DNA of 63,735 nt, the filler included, from Octopus bimaculoides (lineage: Eukaryota), in assembly GCF_001194135.2 (NCBI RefSeq). It is 10 parts of 10 records of this genome, joined end to end, with 100 filler letters (N's around TTAATTAATTAA, not from the genome) between each part and the next. Parts side by side here need not be neighbours in the genome. Positions count along the whole stretch, not along the records: positions 45,851 to 51,365 come from NC_069006.1; positions 51,466 to 54,871 come from NC_068997.1; positions 54,972 to 58,766 come from NC_069000.1; positions 58,867 to 61,249 come from NW_026415790.1; positions 61,350 to 63,735 come from NC_069010.1; 5 more parts are not named here. One strand, given 5' to 3'. Below are positions 48,836 through 61,672 of the stretch, piece by piece. The position numbers and the translations under genes were made by a program. Under the pieces are notes generated by a model. It saw only the letters and a list, made by a program, of their open reading frames with translations, ran no database searches and was not told the origin of the DNA. The stretch's first letter is position 1. Every line of letters starts with the position of its first letter.

Positions 48836-49850
48836 GACGTGGAAATTTTAACCGATTCTCTAGGTTAACTTTCCAGTTAGTTCTTTGATGTGCAAAGTAG
48901 ACTATCAGAGCTGTTGTTGAGTCTTTTCTTCTCCTTTTTAACAAAGAGTATCTTTCTCGATGTAGTGTGTGCATTTCTGCTGTCTCTGATTCTTTGCAGA
49001 TTGCCCCAGTAATAGTCTTGAGGACGTGAAGGCACAATGGTCCAGTGGTTAGGGCAGCGGACTCGCGGTCATAGGATCGCGGTTTCGATTCCCAGACCGG
49101 GCGTTGTGAGTGTTTATTGAGCGAAAACACCTAAAGCTCCACGAGGCTCCGGCAGAGGATGGTGGCGAACCCTGCTATACTCTTTCATCACAACTTTCTC
49201 TCACTCTTTCTTCCTGTTTCTGTTGTGCCTGTAATTCAAAGGGCCAGCCTTGTCACACTGTGTCACGCTGAATCTCCCTGAGAACTACGTTAAGGGTACA
49301 CATGTCTGTGGAGTGCTCAGCCACTTGCACGTTAATTTCACGAGCAGGCTGTTCCGTTGATCGGATCGACTGGAAGCCTCGACGTCGTAAGCGACGGAGT
49401 GCCAACAACAAAAGTCTTGAGGACATAATCGTGTCCCCAGTGAGAGTACCCTTCACTCTGTACTAGGAAGCAGCAGCTGCCTAGGAGATATCCGAAGGCC
49501 CCTGTCTTAGAACACGAGAGGCATACGGGGGTTTTCACTAAGTCCCATGTAAATAAGTTAGAGTGGAAAAGACATAATACTCCGGTCCCTGCTTAAGGAA
49601 CATGATCCTTTCAGGGTTCCGTTTCTAGCTGGTGACCTTTTCTGCATCGCCCTCTCCCACTTCACCAGGTATCCTACTTCGCATCGACGCTGCCAGCATG
49701 TATGTATACAATTTATGGTCGTTGACAGCAGCAACAGAGTCCTTCAGCTCTTATTTCTAGCAGTGTTGGTGTTCTAACATCCCCATCATATTTGCTGACA
49801 ATTATTATTTTCCCTTTTGGTGAAACCCTGCTAACTAGCTGCCTCAGTTA
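48836..49850 (-). mobile_element. Hero/R2-like element, upstream part (zinc knuckle), split by a SINE
   Basis: QGYLVKWE..., GLSENPVCLSCSKTGAFGYLLGSC...YSHWGHDYVLKT (degenerate CxxCx7Hx4C and RHDxVL motifs), NWKVNLENRLKFPRH. Confidence 0.65.
49026..49412 (+). mobile_element. SINE family B, full length with 12-bp TSD
   Basis: AGTCTTGAGGAC at 49014-49025 and 49413-49424. Confidence 0.9.
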
Positions 49851-49859
49851 ATTATGTAT

Positions 49860-50157
49860 GTATGTATTCTTTTATTTGTTTCACTCATTTGACTGCGGCT
49901 ATGATGGAGCACCGCCTTTAGTCGAACAACTCGCTAAGTTACAGGGACGTAAACACACCAGCATCGGTTGTCAAGCGATGATGGCAGGACAAACACACAC
50001 ACACGTCGGGCTTCTTTCAGTTTTCGTCTATCAGATCCACTCACAAGGCTTTTGTCGGCCCGAGGCTATAGCAGAAGACACTTGCCCATGGTGCCACGCA
50101 GTGGGACTGAACCAAGAACCATGTGGTTGGTAAGCAAGCTACTTACCACACAGCCAC

Positions 50158-50160
<3 letters not shown>
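49860..50160 (-). mobile_element. SINE family A with internal deletion
   Basis: Reverse complement of the family. Confidence 0.8.
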
Positions 50161-50189
<29 letters not shown>

Positions 50190-50239
50190 TGTATGTATGT
50201 ATGTATGTGTGTGTGTATGTATGTATGTATGAATGTATG

Positions 50240-50270
<31 letters not shown>

Positions 50271-51218
50271 ATAAAACATGTATCTATCTGTCTGTCTGTC
50301 TGTCTGTCTACCTACATACCTACCTACCTACCTACCTACCTACCTACCTACCTACCTACCTACCTACCTACCAGTCTCTAAGACCCGATAGAAAAAGCAG
50401 GTAAATCTCAACCAAACCATAGATCCCCCAAGAATTTGGAACGGCACAAGTTACCATCAAAAGTATGATGGCACCAATATCATGGATATTACAATGGCAT
50501 CAAGAATATTTGCTGGATACAATTAATTCATTTGCAGAAAACTGTGGCCGATTTAATCGTCATTTTCATTCGATAGGCATGATTTTCATGTCTGATCCAG
50601 TTTAGCCATGGGCTTCCCAACCGAAATTATTGAAAACTGTTGGACAGAACAAGGTAGATAACTTGGTCATCTTAAAAGGCTTTCTTTTCATGTGGCCAGC
50701 TTCATACTGATACTTCAAGTGCTGGAAACCCTCATGGCCACTTCTTCATCATAGCACCACAGGGTTAAACCAAGAATATTTGTTTACTCTGAGATTTTGG
50801 ATTAAATAAACGACCCAGAAATTGCTGCTGCTGCAATTCCTACCAAAGTGGGAATTGAACAGAGAAACAGAGAAAGTGGGAATTGAACAATTAGTTTGTA
50901 ATGTTTTGTGGAAATTAATCAGATTACCGCATGTGGGTACTTTAGTAAAAGAGCTGGGCAGCGCTTGATACCTTAGCTAATGTATATATGTATATATATG
51001 TATGCTTATATGTGTGTGTGGATATGGATGTGTTTATACACATCCATATCCACACACACACATATATATACACATACATACACACGTACTCATAATGTAC
51101 GTAGCTGTGTATATATGATATATGTAACTGTATCTACATACATATATTCATACATACATACATACATTGTATCCCTATATATGTATATACATGTATATAT
51201 GATTTATGTGTGTGTATG

Positions 51219-51267
<49 letters not shown>

Positions 51268-51465
51268 GTATATACATATTTGTATATATACATATGTGTG
51301 TGTGTGTGTGATTGTGTATGTTATATAGATAATTCATTTTGTTTGTAGATATATTATATATATATNNNNNNNNNNNNNNNNNNNNNNNNNNNNNNNNNNN
51401 NNNNNNNNNTTAATTAATTAANNNNNNNNNNNNNNNNNNNNNNNNNNNNNNNNNNNNNNNNNNNN

Positions 51466-51520
<55 letters not shown>

Positions 51521-51809
51521 CGTGTGTGTGTGTGTGTATTTGTGTTTATCCCGCTCCACCGCTTGACAATTAATATTGAGTTGATTACCACTCCGTAATC
51601 TAGCGGTTCGGCAAAAGAATTTGATACAATGAGTACTAGACTTAAAAACTAAAGACTGCTTCATCTATTACTGTTTTAAGTGATGGGCTTCCCGCCCTGA
51701 TTGGTTGCGATATGTCTTAACCCATCGTAAATCTCTGAGGCCTTTTGACAAGGTACTGAAAATCTGCAACCTTTCGAATCCTAAGTAATATTGGATACTT
51801 GCTCTAGAC

Positions 51810-52070
51810 TAGTGTTTCTCAACCGGTGTTCATAAAGCCCCTAAGGGTCCATATAAGATTTGAAGGGGGGCATGTAGATTTAGAACCCAAAGAATATTTT
51901 AGGGGCCCCTGAAAAAAATTTACTTTAGATGTATGTATTGATATGTATTGCATGAAACAACTGGGGTTCTTTCTCTAACATCTTACGTAGTTCAACCTAC
52001 ACAAGTTAATGTAGGAAAAACAAAATAAGAATTTTGAAAGAAGCATCCATAAAACTAGATTTTAAACATC
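51810..52070 (+). mobile_element. hAT (Charlie-like) MITE fragment
   Basis: TAGTGTTTCTCAACCGG...GGGTCCATATAAGATTT; related end at 27241-27295 (CAGTGGTTTTCAACCGGGG). Confidence 0.45.
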
Positions 52071-52534
52071 AAATGGCTATGGAGTGGGGCGGGTCCACCA
52101 GAATAAAATAGTAATCAAAGGGATCCATAGATATAAAATGGCTGAGTACTACCGCTGTTCCAGACGGGGAGAGCGAGATGTTTAGCATTCTGCGGTGGTG
52201 TCCAGTCCATTGATTGGTTGTGTACGAAATTAGATGTTCGTTTTCGTTCATAGAAGAATACGCTTTTAGAAAAAAAATTATATTTGCATTTACATTGATT
52301 CATACAACAAAACGAGCAAGCTTCGTCCCAGTTTAATTAGTTGGTAATTTAATAAAGTATTAAATAAGATTGTTATCTTTTAAAAATTAAAAGCTCAAAA
52401 TAGCAAGTCGCTTAAATTGATGGTGTATTCAGAATGCAGTGAATACCAATAAAGATCTGATTGGTCGAAATTATTAATCCATACAATTTTATATATTTAC
52501 GCACTTATTTCCAAAATACATAGTGGCAGTAAAT

Positions 52535-52840
52535 AGGCGTAGGCGTGGCTCTGTGGTAAAAAGTTTGCTTCCCAACCACATGGTCTCGTGTTCAGTTTTA
52601 CTGCGTGAAACCTTGGGCAAGGGACTTCTACTATAGCCCCGGGCCGACCAAAGCCTTGTAAGTAGATTTGGTAGACGGAAACTGAAAGAAGCCTGTTGTA
52701 CATACACACACACATATTTTTATATGTGTGTGTGTCTGTGTTTGCCCCCTCCCCCCTCTTGACAACACGTGTTGGTGTATTTACGTCCCCTTAACTTAGC
52801 GGTTCGGCTAAATAGAACGATAGCATAAGTACAAGGCATG
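52535..52840 (+). mobile_element. SINE family A
   Basis: Head through GCGGTTCGGC...ATAAGTACAAGGC. Confidence 0.8.
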
Positions 52841-52972
52841 AAAAAATTTGTTCAGAGTGGGTGAAAATTAGGTAGGCATTAAAAATCGGTAATAAAATCC
52901 ATGTTCCTTTTACAAATTTATTGAAACAAATGATACATGTTCTTTATTACATGGGAAAATGAAAGTAAATCT

Positions 52973-53420
52973 TCATATTTCAACGTAAGCACAGGTGGCA
53001 TCAACCAGTTGCCTCAAACGACCAGGTATGGAATGAACAACCTTCTGAAGGACGTCGTCTGAGATATCATTGAGAATCTCCTGAATCCGTGTCTCTAAAT
53101 CCTTCAGTGTGCGAGGTTTTGTCTTGTACGCGTTCTCTTTTGTGTAACCCCACAGGTAAAAATCACATGGAGTGAGATCTGGACTTATTGGACTTCTGGA
53201 CGTCTGTGGTTACATTCTTCAGGTTTTAGCTCCTGCACATAATGAGGTTTCCACGGACGAAAATTCAATTCTTTATGCAACACCGTACGTATTGTGTGCC
53301 TAGTTAGTCCATTTTCATGAGCTGTTTGACATGTTGATTTTTGTGGGCTGTGATTAAACATTTCCTGCACTGTTGCCATGTTCTCCGCTTATCGGGATGT
53401 GGTTAGACGGCCACTTCTTG
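52973..53420 (-). mobile_element. Internally deleted Tc1/mariner-superfamily transposase
   Basis: SPQKSTCQTAHENGLTRHTIRTVLHKELNFRPWKPHYVQEL (HTH region) joined to SPDLTPCDFYLWGYTKENAYKTKPRTLKDLETRI...YVEI*; the central catalytic region is missing. Confidence 0.8.
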
Positions 53421-54382
53421 CATCGTTCACAGAGCCCGTGGTCATCAGCTTTGCATGACATCTTATTATTGACTCCGTACATAATGCCGCATACTTACCT
53501 TTCCATGCACGCCATCATCTCTGAACCAAAACAATGGAATTCCACACTTCATAGTGTGCTGCTGTCTTGGCTCGCTCCCGGACAGACGAGCGACTAGCCA
53601 TCTGGCAAATAAGAAAATAAGAAATCCCCATTAGTGTTGTCTGTTTAAAAAAATGTTTTTCTTATGACTTCAGTGATACTAAAAATTCTCTAAGCAATTT
53701 CGAATGCTTTGCTACAGGGACATAAACAAACCAACACCGGTTTTCAAGCGTTGGATAGGAGACGAGCATAAANNNNNNNNNNNNNNNNNNNNNNNNNNNN
53801 NNNNNNNNNNNNNNNNNNNNNNNNNNNNNNNNNNNNNNNNNNNNNNNNNNNNNNNNNNNNNNNNNNNNNNNNNNNNNNNNNNNNNNNNNNNNNNNNNNNN
53901 NNNNNNNNNNNNNNNNNNNNNNNNNNNNNNNNNNNNNNNNNNNNNNNNNNNNNNNNNNNNNNNNNNNNNNNNNNNNNNNNNNNNNNNNNNNNNNNNNNNN
54001 NNNNNNNNNNNNNNNNNNNNNNNNNNNNNNNNNNNNNNNNNNNNNNNNNNNNNNNNNNNNNNNNNNNNNNNNNNNNNNNNNNNNNNNNNNNNNNNNNNNN
54101 NNNNNNNNNNNNNNNNNNNNNNNNNNNNNNNNNNNNNNNNNNNNNNNNNNNNNNNNNNNNNNNNNNNNNNNNNNNNNNNNNNNNNNNNNNNNNNNNNNNN
54201 NNNNNNNNNNNNNNNNNNNNNNNNNNNNNNNNNNNNNNNNNNNNNNNNNNNNNNNNNNTAAGCTTCTTAACCATTCAGGCATGACGACGCCCATTGTTAA
54301 TTTTGTAATCGACACTCAGGCGTAATTGTAAATATCGATCTTGTAAATTGTTGCTGTTGCTGGACTCATTGGTGTTGTTGCA

Positions 54383-54430
<48 letters not shown>

Positions 54431-55083
54431 GCTGTTGTTGCTGTTGTTGTTGTTGTTGTTGTTTTGTTGTAGCTCATATTGTTGTTGTTGTTGTCGTCGT
54501 CGTCCTTGTCACCTCCCCCCCCCCACACTGTCTCTTAAATGACAGTTTGACCAATAAACTAGCTGCCATATGGCTACCGAAACATTGGTGTCCCGCAGAC
54601 ATACGCACAGACACAAATACGCAGACACACAGACAGACACACACACACACATACACATACACACAAACATACACACACACTCACGCACAAACATGCACAC
54701 ATGTACACATATATACAAAATGACATACACACACGCATACACACACACCCACACACAAACACCTACACACAAACACACACACACGCACATATGCACACAT
54801 ATACACAAAATGACATACACGCACACAGACATACACAAAGGCATACACACATTACACAAGCATACACACAANNNNNNNNNNNNNNNNNNNNNNNNNNNNN
54901 NNNNNNNNNNNNNNNTTAATTAATTAANNNNNNNNNNNNNNNNNNNNNNNNNNNNNNNNNNNNNNNNNNNNATATATTAATAGTAATGGTAAGACAACAA
55001 AAGAATGCAAGAGACCTCGATACTATGTAAATAGAGGAATTTATCTGTAATATAATATGTGACTATTATTCGGTTGCCATAAT

Positions 55084-55142
55084 ATAAGACTCCGAGTTTC
55101 GGATGTCGGGGCGGAAACCTGCTCCGGAATCTCGTCAGTTAT
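55084..55142 (-). ncRNA. Minimal type I hammerhead ribozyme motif, core intact
   Basis: Minus strand ATAA-CTGACGA-G...C-GAAAC-TCGGA-GTC-TTAT: stem I 4 bp, self-complementary stem III ACTC(G)GAGT, GUC site with cleavage after 55088; stem II imperfect (GATtcCGG/CCGACATC). Confidence 0.6.
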
Positions 55143-56039
55143 CGAGGCAATAAAAAATTGCAATGAAAATGACCGTTAAACAAAAGGAAATTACTATGTA
55201 TTTGACCGTTAATAAGACGAAAGAACTATATGAATAATAGATTTTTGAAAAATTATTGAAAAATTTAATTTTGGTAAATTTAGAAGAAATGTATTTTCAA
55301 AGACATATTTGAATAGTATTCAAGTAACAGCGGAATTTTTCTTGTTTCTGCCTGCCTCTGTTTCACTTGTTAACTCTTGTGGGTTCGAAGAAGGAGTGCT
55401 ATGATAGTAGCAGCGTGTTAAATGGTTGGATGTCCTGGCATTGACCTGTTGATGGGCGTAGTGATCTGTATTGTTTATAATGTTTGCGTGGGTGTTATTC
55501 TAGACAGCAGTAGTAGTACTAATGTAAGGGAAGAGGTGGTGGAAAGGAAGAAGATGACGGAGAAGATGAGGGATGGGGAGAAGGAGAGAAATAGTAATAA
55601 TAAAATGCAGGATAGAGTGATAGAAACTAGTCGAGTGAGTAGTGATTGGGGTTGTTTTTTTAATATTTTTTTATCTTTTTATAATTCCTTGCGTATCTAT
55701 TTGGAGTTTATCATTTTTGATACTTGTGTGTGTGTTTTATTCTAAAGTCGTGGTGGATATGTCATTCATGTCATTCATATATATATATTTATATATATAT
55801 ACACACACATACACACATATATAAAATATAAGACATACATATGTTCTATTCCTATGATTTTATATCTAATGTTGCCTGCAGCTGGATTTCTGGCTCAGTG
55901 GGGTTTATTAGGTTTGTGCGTAGTGAAATAAAAAGCAGTGGAAAATGTGCATATATTAGCTGTATTTTAGATTGTGCACTGAATACCATCCCTTAGTTTA
56001 GCATGACTGTATTACTTTATATCAACAAAGCTTGCCTTC

Positions 56040-56225
56040 TTCAAGGCCTACAGAGAGCGTCGTTTTTGTTTTCGAAAGGCCAGGCATATAGACTATGACA
56101 AAAGAGCTTCAGGAACGCTTTGATGGTACATACACCAGGTTTCTCGTGAACGCACAAAACATATGATAGAATGAGCACATGATCAAAGAAATTTACGGAT
56201 ATTTACCACTGACATTATCGATAGT
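56040..56225 (+). mobile_element. RTE-like LINE fragment
   Basis: MTKELQERFDGTYTRFLVNAQNI..EH..KEIYGYLP resembles the LDGxYTRxLxxAxNISWxxH...xYGxLP motif; stops present. Confidence 0.55.
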
Positions 56226-56306
56226 TGTTTAACACACACACACACACGCATGCACGCAGTCACACACACACTACACACATACATATAAACACACATATAC
56301 ACACAC

Positions 56307-56357
<51 letters not shown>

Positions 56358-56400
56358 TATACACATGCATATATNNNNNNNNNNTATATATATATATATG

Positions 56401-56439
<39 letters not shown>

Positions 56440-56442
<3 letters not shown>

Positions 56443-56650
56443 GGTGTCTGTGTTTGTCCTCCCCAATATCGCTTGACAACCGATGCTGGTGTGTTTACGT
56501 CCCCGTAACATAGCGGTTCGGCAAAAGAGACCGATAGAATAAGTACTAGGCTTACAAAGAATAAGTCCTGGGGTCGATCTGCTCGACTAAAGGCGATGCT
56601 CCATCATGGCCACAGTCAAACGACTGAAACAAGTAAAAGAGTAAAAGAGT
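56440..56650 (+). mobile_element. SINE family A, 3' half
   Basis: Close to the consensus, GTAAAAGA tail. Confidence 0.85.
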
Positions 56651-57147
56651 AATGAAAACGATAAATAAAATAGAATAAAATAAATATAAATAAACATCTT
56701 TGTCGGTGTTAAAGTTTGAATAGGACATCAAATATAAAAATGACTGATGGTACGCTAAAGTCAAAGATACTTGCATGATGTAGACTTTTTGCAATTTCTA
56801 TAAAAATTTAACATAGCTGGCAGTAGTCCATGTAGATATCTAAAAACAGATACTTTTTAGATGGAATAGCACAAGAAAAAATACATGATAAACTACTGCA
56901 CAAACAAAATCAGCTTCTGTTTGATTAAAGTAACTTGCTGTAGGTTTTTGTGGGTCGGTTTTGTTTTTGGCTACGAAACATAGGGAAGAGGCGTTTCTAA
57001 AATGGCATTCAGTGAAAGTGGAAACTGAGATAAAGGGAGGCTGAGAACAACTGGACCATGTGGGTGGTAAATATGGGATGGAATAAAATAGCTCAGAAAG
57101 ATCGCATCAAAGAAAAATATGTGTGGAAGTAATGAAACCCAACAGAG

Positions 57148-57190
<43 letters not shown>

Positions 57191-58255
57191 GAGAGAAAGG
57201 GAGAGAGAGAGAGAGTGAGAGAGATAATGCAAGACAGAATGTGTGTGTCTGTATAACACACACACATATATATATATANNNNNNNNNNNNNNNNNNNNNN
57301 NNNNNNNNNNNNNNNNNNNNNNNNNNNNNNNNNNNNNNNNNNNNNNNNNNNNNNNNNNNNNNNNNNNNNNNNNNNNNNNNNNNNNNNNNNNNNNNNNNNN
57401 NNNNNNNNNNNNNNNNNNNNNNNNNNNNNNNNNNNNNNNNNNNNNNNNNNNNNNNNNNNNNNNNNNNNNNNNNNNNNNNNNNNNNNNNNNNNNNNNNNNN
57501 NNNNNNNNNNNNNNNNNNNNNNNNNNNNNNNNNNNNNNNNNNNNNNNNNNNNNNNNNNNNNNNNNNNNNNNNNNNNNNNNNNNNNNNNNNNNNNNNNNNN
57601 NNNNNNNNNNNNNNNNNNNNNNNNNNNNNNNNNNNNNNNNNNNNNNNNNNNNNNNNNNNNNNNNNNNNNNNNNNNNNNNNNNNNNNNNNNNNNNNNNNNN
57701 NNNNNNNNNNNNNNNNNNNNNNNNNNNNNNNNNNNNNNNNNNNNNNNNNNNNNNNNNNNNNNNNNNNNNNNNNNNNNNNNNNNNNNNNNNNNNNNNNNNN
57801 NNNNNNNNNNNNNNNNNNNNNNNNNNNNNNNNNNNNNNNNNNNNNNNNNNNNNNNNNNNNNNNNNNNNNNNNNNNNNNNNNNNNNNNNNNNNNNNNNNNN
57901 NNNNNNNNNNNNNNNNNNNNNNNNNNNNNNNNNNNNNNNNNNNNNNNNNNNNNNNNNNNNNNNNNNNNNNNNNNNNNNNNNNNNNNNNNNNNNNNNNNNN
58001 NNNNNNNNNNNNNNNNNNNNNNNNNNNNNNNNNNNNNNNNNNNNNNNNNNNNNNNNNNNNNNNNNNNNNNNNNNNNNNNNNNNNNNNNNNNNNNNNNNNN
58101 NNNNNNNNNNNNNNNNNNNNNNNNNNNNNNNNNNNNNNNNNNNNNNNNNNNNNNNNNNNNNNNNNNNNTATATATATATAAACATAGATGCATAAATGTA
58201 TATATAACATATATATATATAATACAAACACAGGCACACACACACAATCACACAC

Positions 58256-58298
<43 letters not shown>

Positions 58299-58536
58299 AA
58301 GAAGACTAGAAAAATTTGGTATGTTTTTAATTCCATTTTGCACACGTTTCATTACAGAATAGGAGTAACAAAGATACGGAATGTCGTATCTGCAATTCTT
58401 CAGACAGAGGTTAAATCATACAAATGTGTTTCACAAGGACACATCATGGTTTATAATCCCTTACATAAGTTACGGAGTTACAGGGACATAAACACACTAG
58501 TATCGGTTGTCAAGCGAAGGCGTGGACACACACACA

Positions 58537-58571
<35 letters not shown>

Positions 58572-58728
58572 GACGGGCTTCTTCCTGAGAATAACGTTAA
58601 GGGCACACGTGCGTGCGAAAACACTATAATTCAACGTGCAGGTAAATTCAGTTGATTGAGCACGTCAATACTCATCGTCCGAACCGACGAATAACCATCC
58701 TTACACACACACCCACACCCACACACAT

Positions 58729-58766
<38 letters not shown>

Positions 58767-58934
58767 NNNNNNNNNNNNNNNNNNNNNNNNNNNNNNNNNN
58801 NNNNNNNNNNTTAATTAATTAANNNNNNNNNNNNNNNNNNNNNNNNNNNNNNNNNNNNNNNNNNNNTGCTCCAGCATGGCCACAGTCAAATAACTGAAAC
58901 AAGTAAAGGAGTAAAACAGTATTTAACATTATTA

Positions 58935-59395
58935 TTAAGGCAACGAGAGAGCAGAATCTAGAGCGCGACGGACACAATGCTTAGCAGCGTTTCACCAGTC
59001 TTTATTTTCTCAGTTCAAATTCCGCCGAGGTCGACTTTGCCTTTTATCCTTTCGAGGTCGATAATATACGTAGCAGTTGAGCACTGGGGGTTCGATGTAA
59101 TCGATATATCCCGTCCGCTGAACTTACTGGACTTGTTCCAAAAATATTAAACCATTATTATCATTATTGCTAAGGTGGTGAGCTGGGAGAATTAGTAGCA
59201 CACGAGACAAAAAATACTTAGCGGCTGTTCATCCGTTTTTTACGTTCTGAGTTCAAATTCTGCCGACGTCTACTTTGCTTTTTATTCTTTCGGAGTTGAT
59301 AAAATAAGTAACACATGAGCACAGGGATGGATGTAATCAACATACACCTTTCCCCCGAAATTGCTGGCCTTGTGCCAAAATTTCAAACCATTATT
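58935..59395 (+). mobile_element. Two tandem SINE family C copies
   Basis: 58935-59125 and 59170-59395. Confidence 0.75.
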
Positions 59396-59603
59396 ATTAT
59401 TATTATTATTTTATGTTTGACTTTTGCTTTGCATTTGTACAAGTTGGATCCAAGTCTCACCCAGAGACCTCAAGAGACAACAAGTTAGAAGTTCATGTAG
59501 GTGTTATGCCTAGGGTACCATATATTTGGATTTGTACATACCATATATTTAGATTTGTACATTTGGATTTGTACTAGAGAATGTTTAAGAATGTCTATTA
59601 AGA

Positions 59604-59657
<54 letters not shown>

Positions 59658-60875
59658 NNNNNNNNNNNNNNNNNNNNNNNNNNNNNNNNNNNNNNNNNNN
59701 NNNNNNNNNNNNNNNNNNNNNNNNNNNNNNNNNNNNNNNNNNNNNNNNNNNNNNNNNNNNNNNNNNNNNNNNNNNNNNNNNNNNNNNNNNNNNNNNNNNN
59801 NNNNNNNNNNNNNNNNNNNNNNNNNNNNNNNNNNNNNNNNNNNNNNNNNNNNNNNNNNNNNNNNNNNNNNNNNNNNNNNNNNNNNNNNNNNNNNNNNNNN
59901 NNNNNNNNNNNNNNNNNNNNNNNNNNNNNNNNNNNNNNNNNNNNNNNNNNNNNNNNNNNNNNNNNNNNNNNNNNNNNNNNNNNNNNNNNNNNNNNNNNNN
60001 NNNNNNNNNNNNNNNNNNNNNNNNNNNNNNNNNNNNNNNNNNNNNNNNNNNNNNNNNNNNNNNNNNNNNNNNNNNNNNNNNNNNNNNNNNNNNNNNNNNN
60101 NNNNNNNNNNNNNNNNNNNNNNNNNNNNNNNNNNNNNNNNNNNNNNNNNNNNNNNNNNNNNNNNNNNNNNNNNNNNNNNNNNNNNNNNNNNNNNNNNNNN
60201 NNNNNNNNNNNNNNNNNNNNNNNNNNNNNNNNNNNNNNNNNNNNNNNNNNNNNNNNNNNNNNNNNNNNNNNNNNNNNNNNNNNNNNNNNNNNNNNNNNNN
60301 NNNNNNNNNNNNNNNNNNNNNNNNNNNNNNNNNNNNNNNNNNNNNNNNNNNNNNNNNNNNNNNNNNNNNNNNNNNNNNNNNNNNNNNNNNNNNNNNNNNN
60401 NNNNNNNNNNNNNNNNNNNNNNNNNNNNNNNNNNNNNNNNNNNNNNNNNNNNNNNNNNNNNNNNNNNNNNNNNNNNNNNNNNNNNNNNNNNNNNNNNNNN
60501 NNNNNNNNNNNNNNNNNNNNNNNNNNNNNNNNNNTACACACATATATATATGTATATATATGCGCAGCATTACAATTCGACGAACTGGGCAGTTGGGGAG
60601 TTTAAAAACGCGTCATTCATAATTCGAATTTAATCGCAAACGTACTTTAATCTAATTTAACGATGAAAGCGGTAATGATAATACATTGGCAATACAGATC
60701 CAATAATAACAACAACAACAACAACAACAATAATAATAATAATAATAATTATAAATGTAGCATCAACTGTGGTGATGGTGATATAAGAGCCATTGGTGAT
60801 ACAGGCAACACCCACCACACACTCAGTCACACGCACAGACACACACACAAACACACACACACACAAACACACACA

Positions 60876-60961
<86 letters not shown>

Positions 60962-61489
60962 TATATGTGTATGTATGTATATGTGTATCAGTGTGCATGT
61001 GTGTATATAAACATCTGCATATGTATGTATATATGTATGTATGCACGTATGTATATGTATTTATATATGCATGTATGCATGTATGTATGTATATATATGT
61101 ATGTATGTATGTATATATGTATGTATATATATATGAATGTATGTATATATGTATGTATGTAGTTATGTATGAATATATATTTGTATGTGTGTGCATGTCC
61201 AAATATATATATATATATACATATATACATACACACACACACACATATANNNNNNNNNNNNNNNNNNNNNNNNNNNNNNNNNNNNNNNNNNNNTTAATTA
61301 ATTAANNNNNNNNNNNNNNNNNNNNNNNNNNNNNNNNNNNNNNNNNNNNAATCCCAAAAAACACAAAAGTCATACCTGTAGTTGCACGTCAAAATTCACG
61401 ACGCTGGCATTCAGCGGAGCGACAAAAAACACGTCCTTTCCGTAAGCTAGCTACTTACCACACAGCCACTCCTCCGCCTATATAAACAA

Positions 61490-61670
61490 TTATAAAATAA
61501 GGGCAAAAGGAAACATTTCTATGCCAATATGCTGTGAATCGGGCTTTAAATCGTCAATCACCAAATAAAATATACATCACTATATGTATATTGTATGTGG
61601 TGACTGACGATTCAAAGACTATTTCTCAGCATATTGGCATAGGATTTTTTCTTTTGCCCTTATTTTATAA
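61490..61670. repeat. Foldback: about 73-bp imperfect inverted arms
   Basis: TTATAAAATAAGGGCAAAAG...TCGTCAATCACCA versus TGGTGACTGACGA...CTTTTGCCCTTATTTTATAA. Confidence 0.8.
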
Positions 61671-61672
61671 TA

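Noticed and set aside
58358-58409. Micro-exon NRSNKDTECRICNSSDR
   Set aside because: Weak donor (GTTAAA), no partner exons, and too short to assess.
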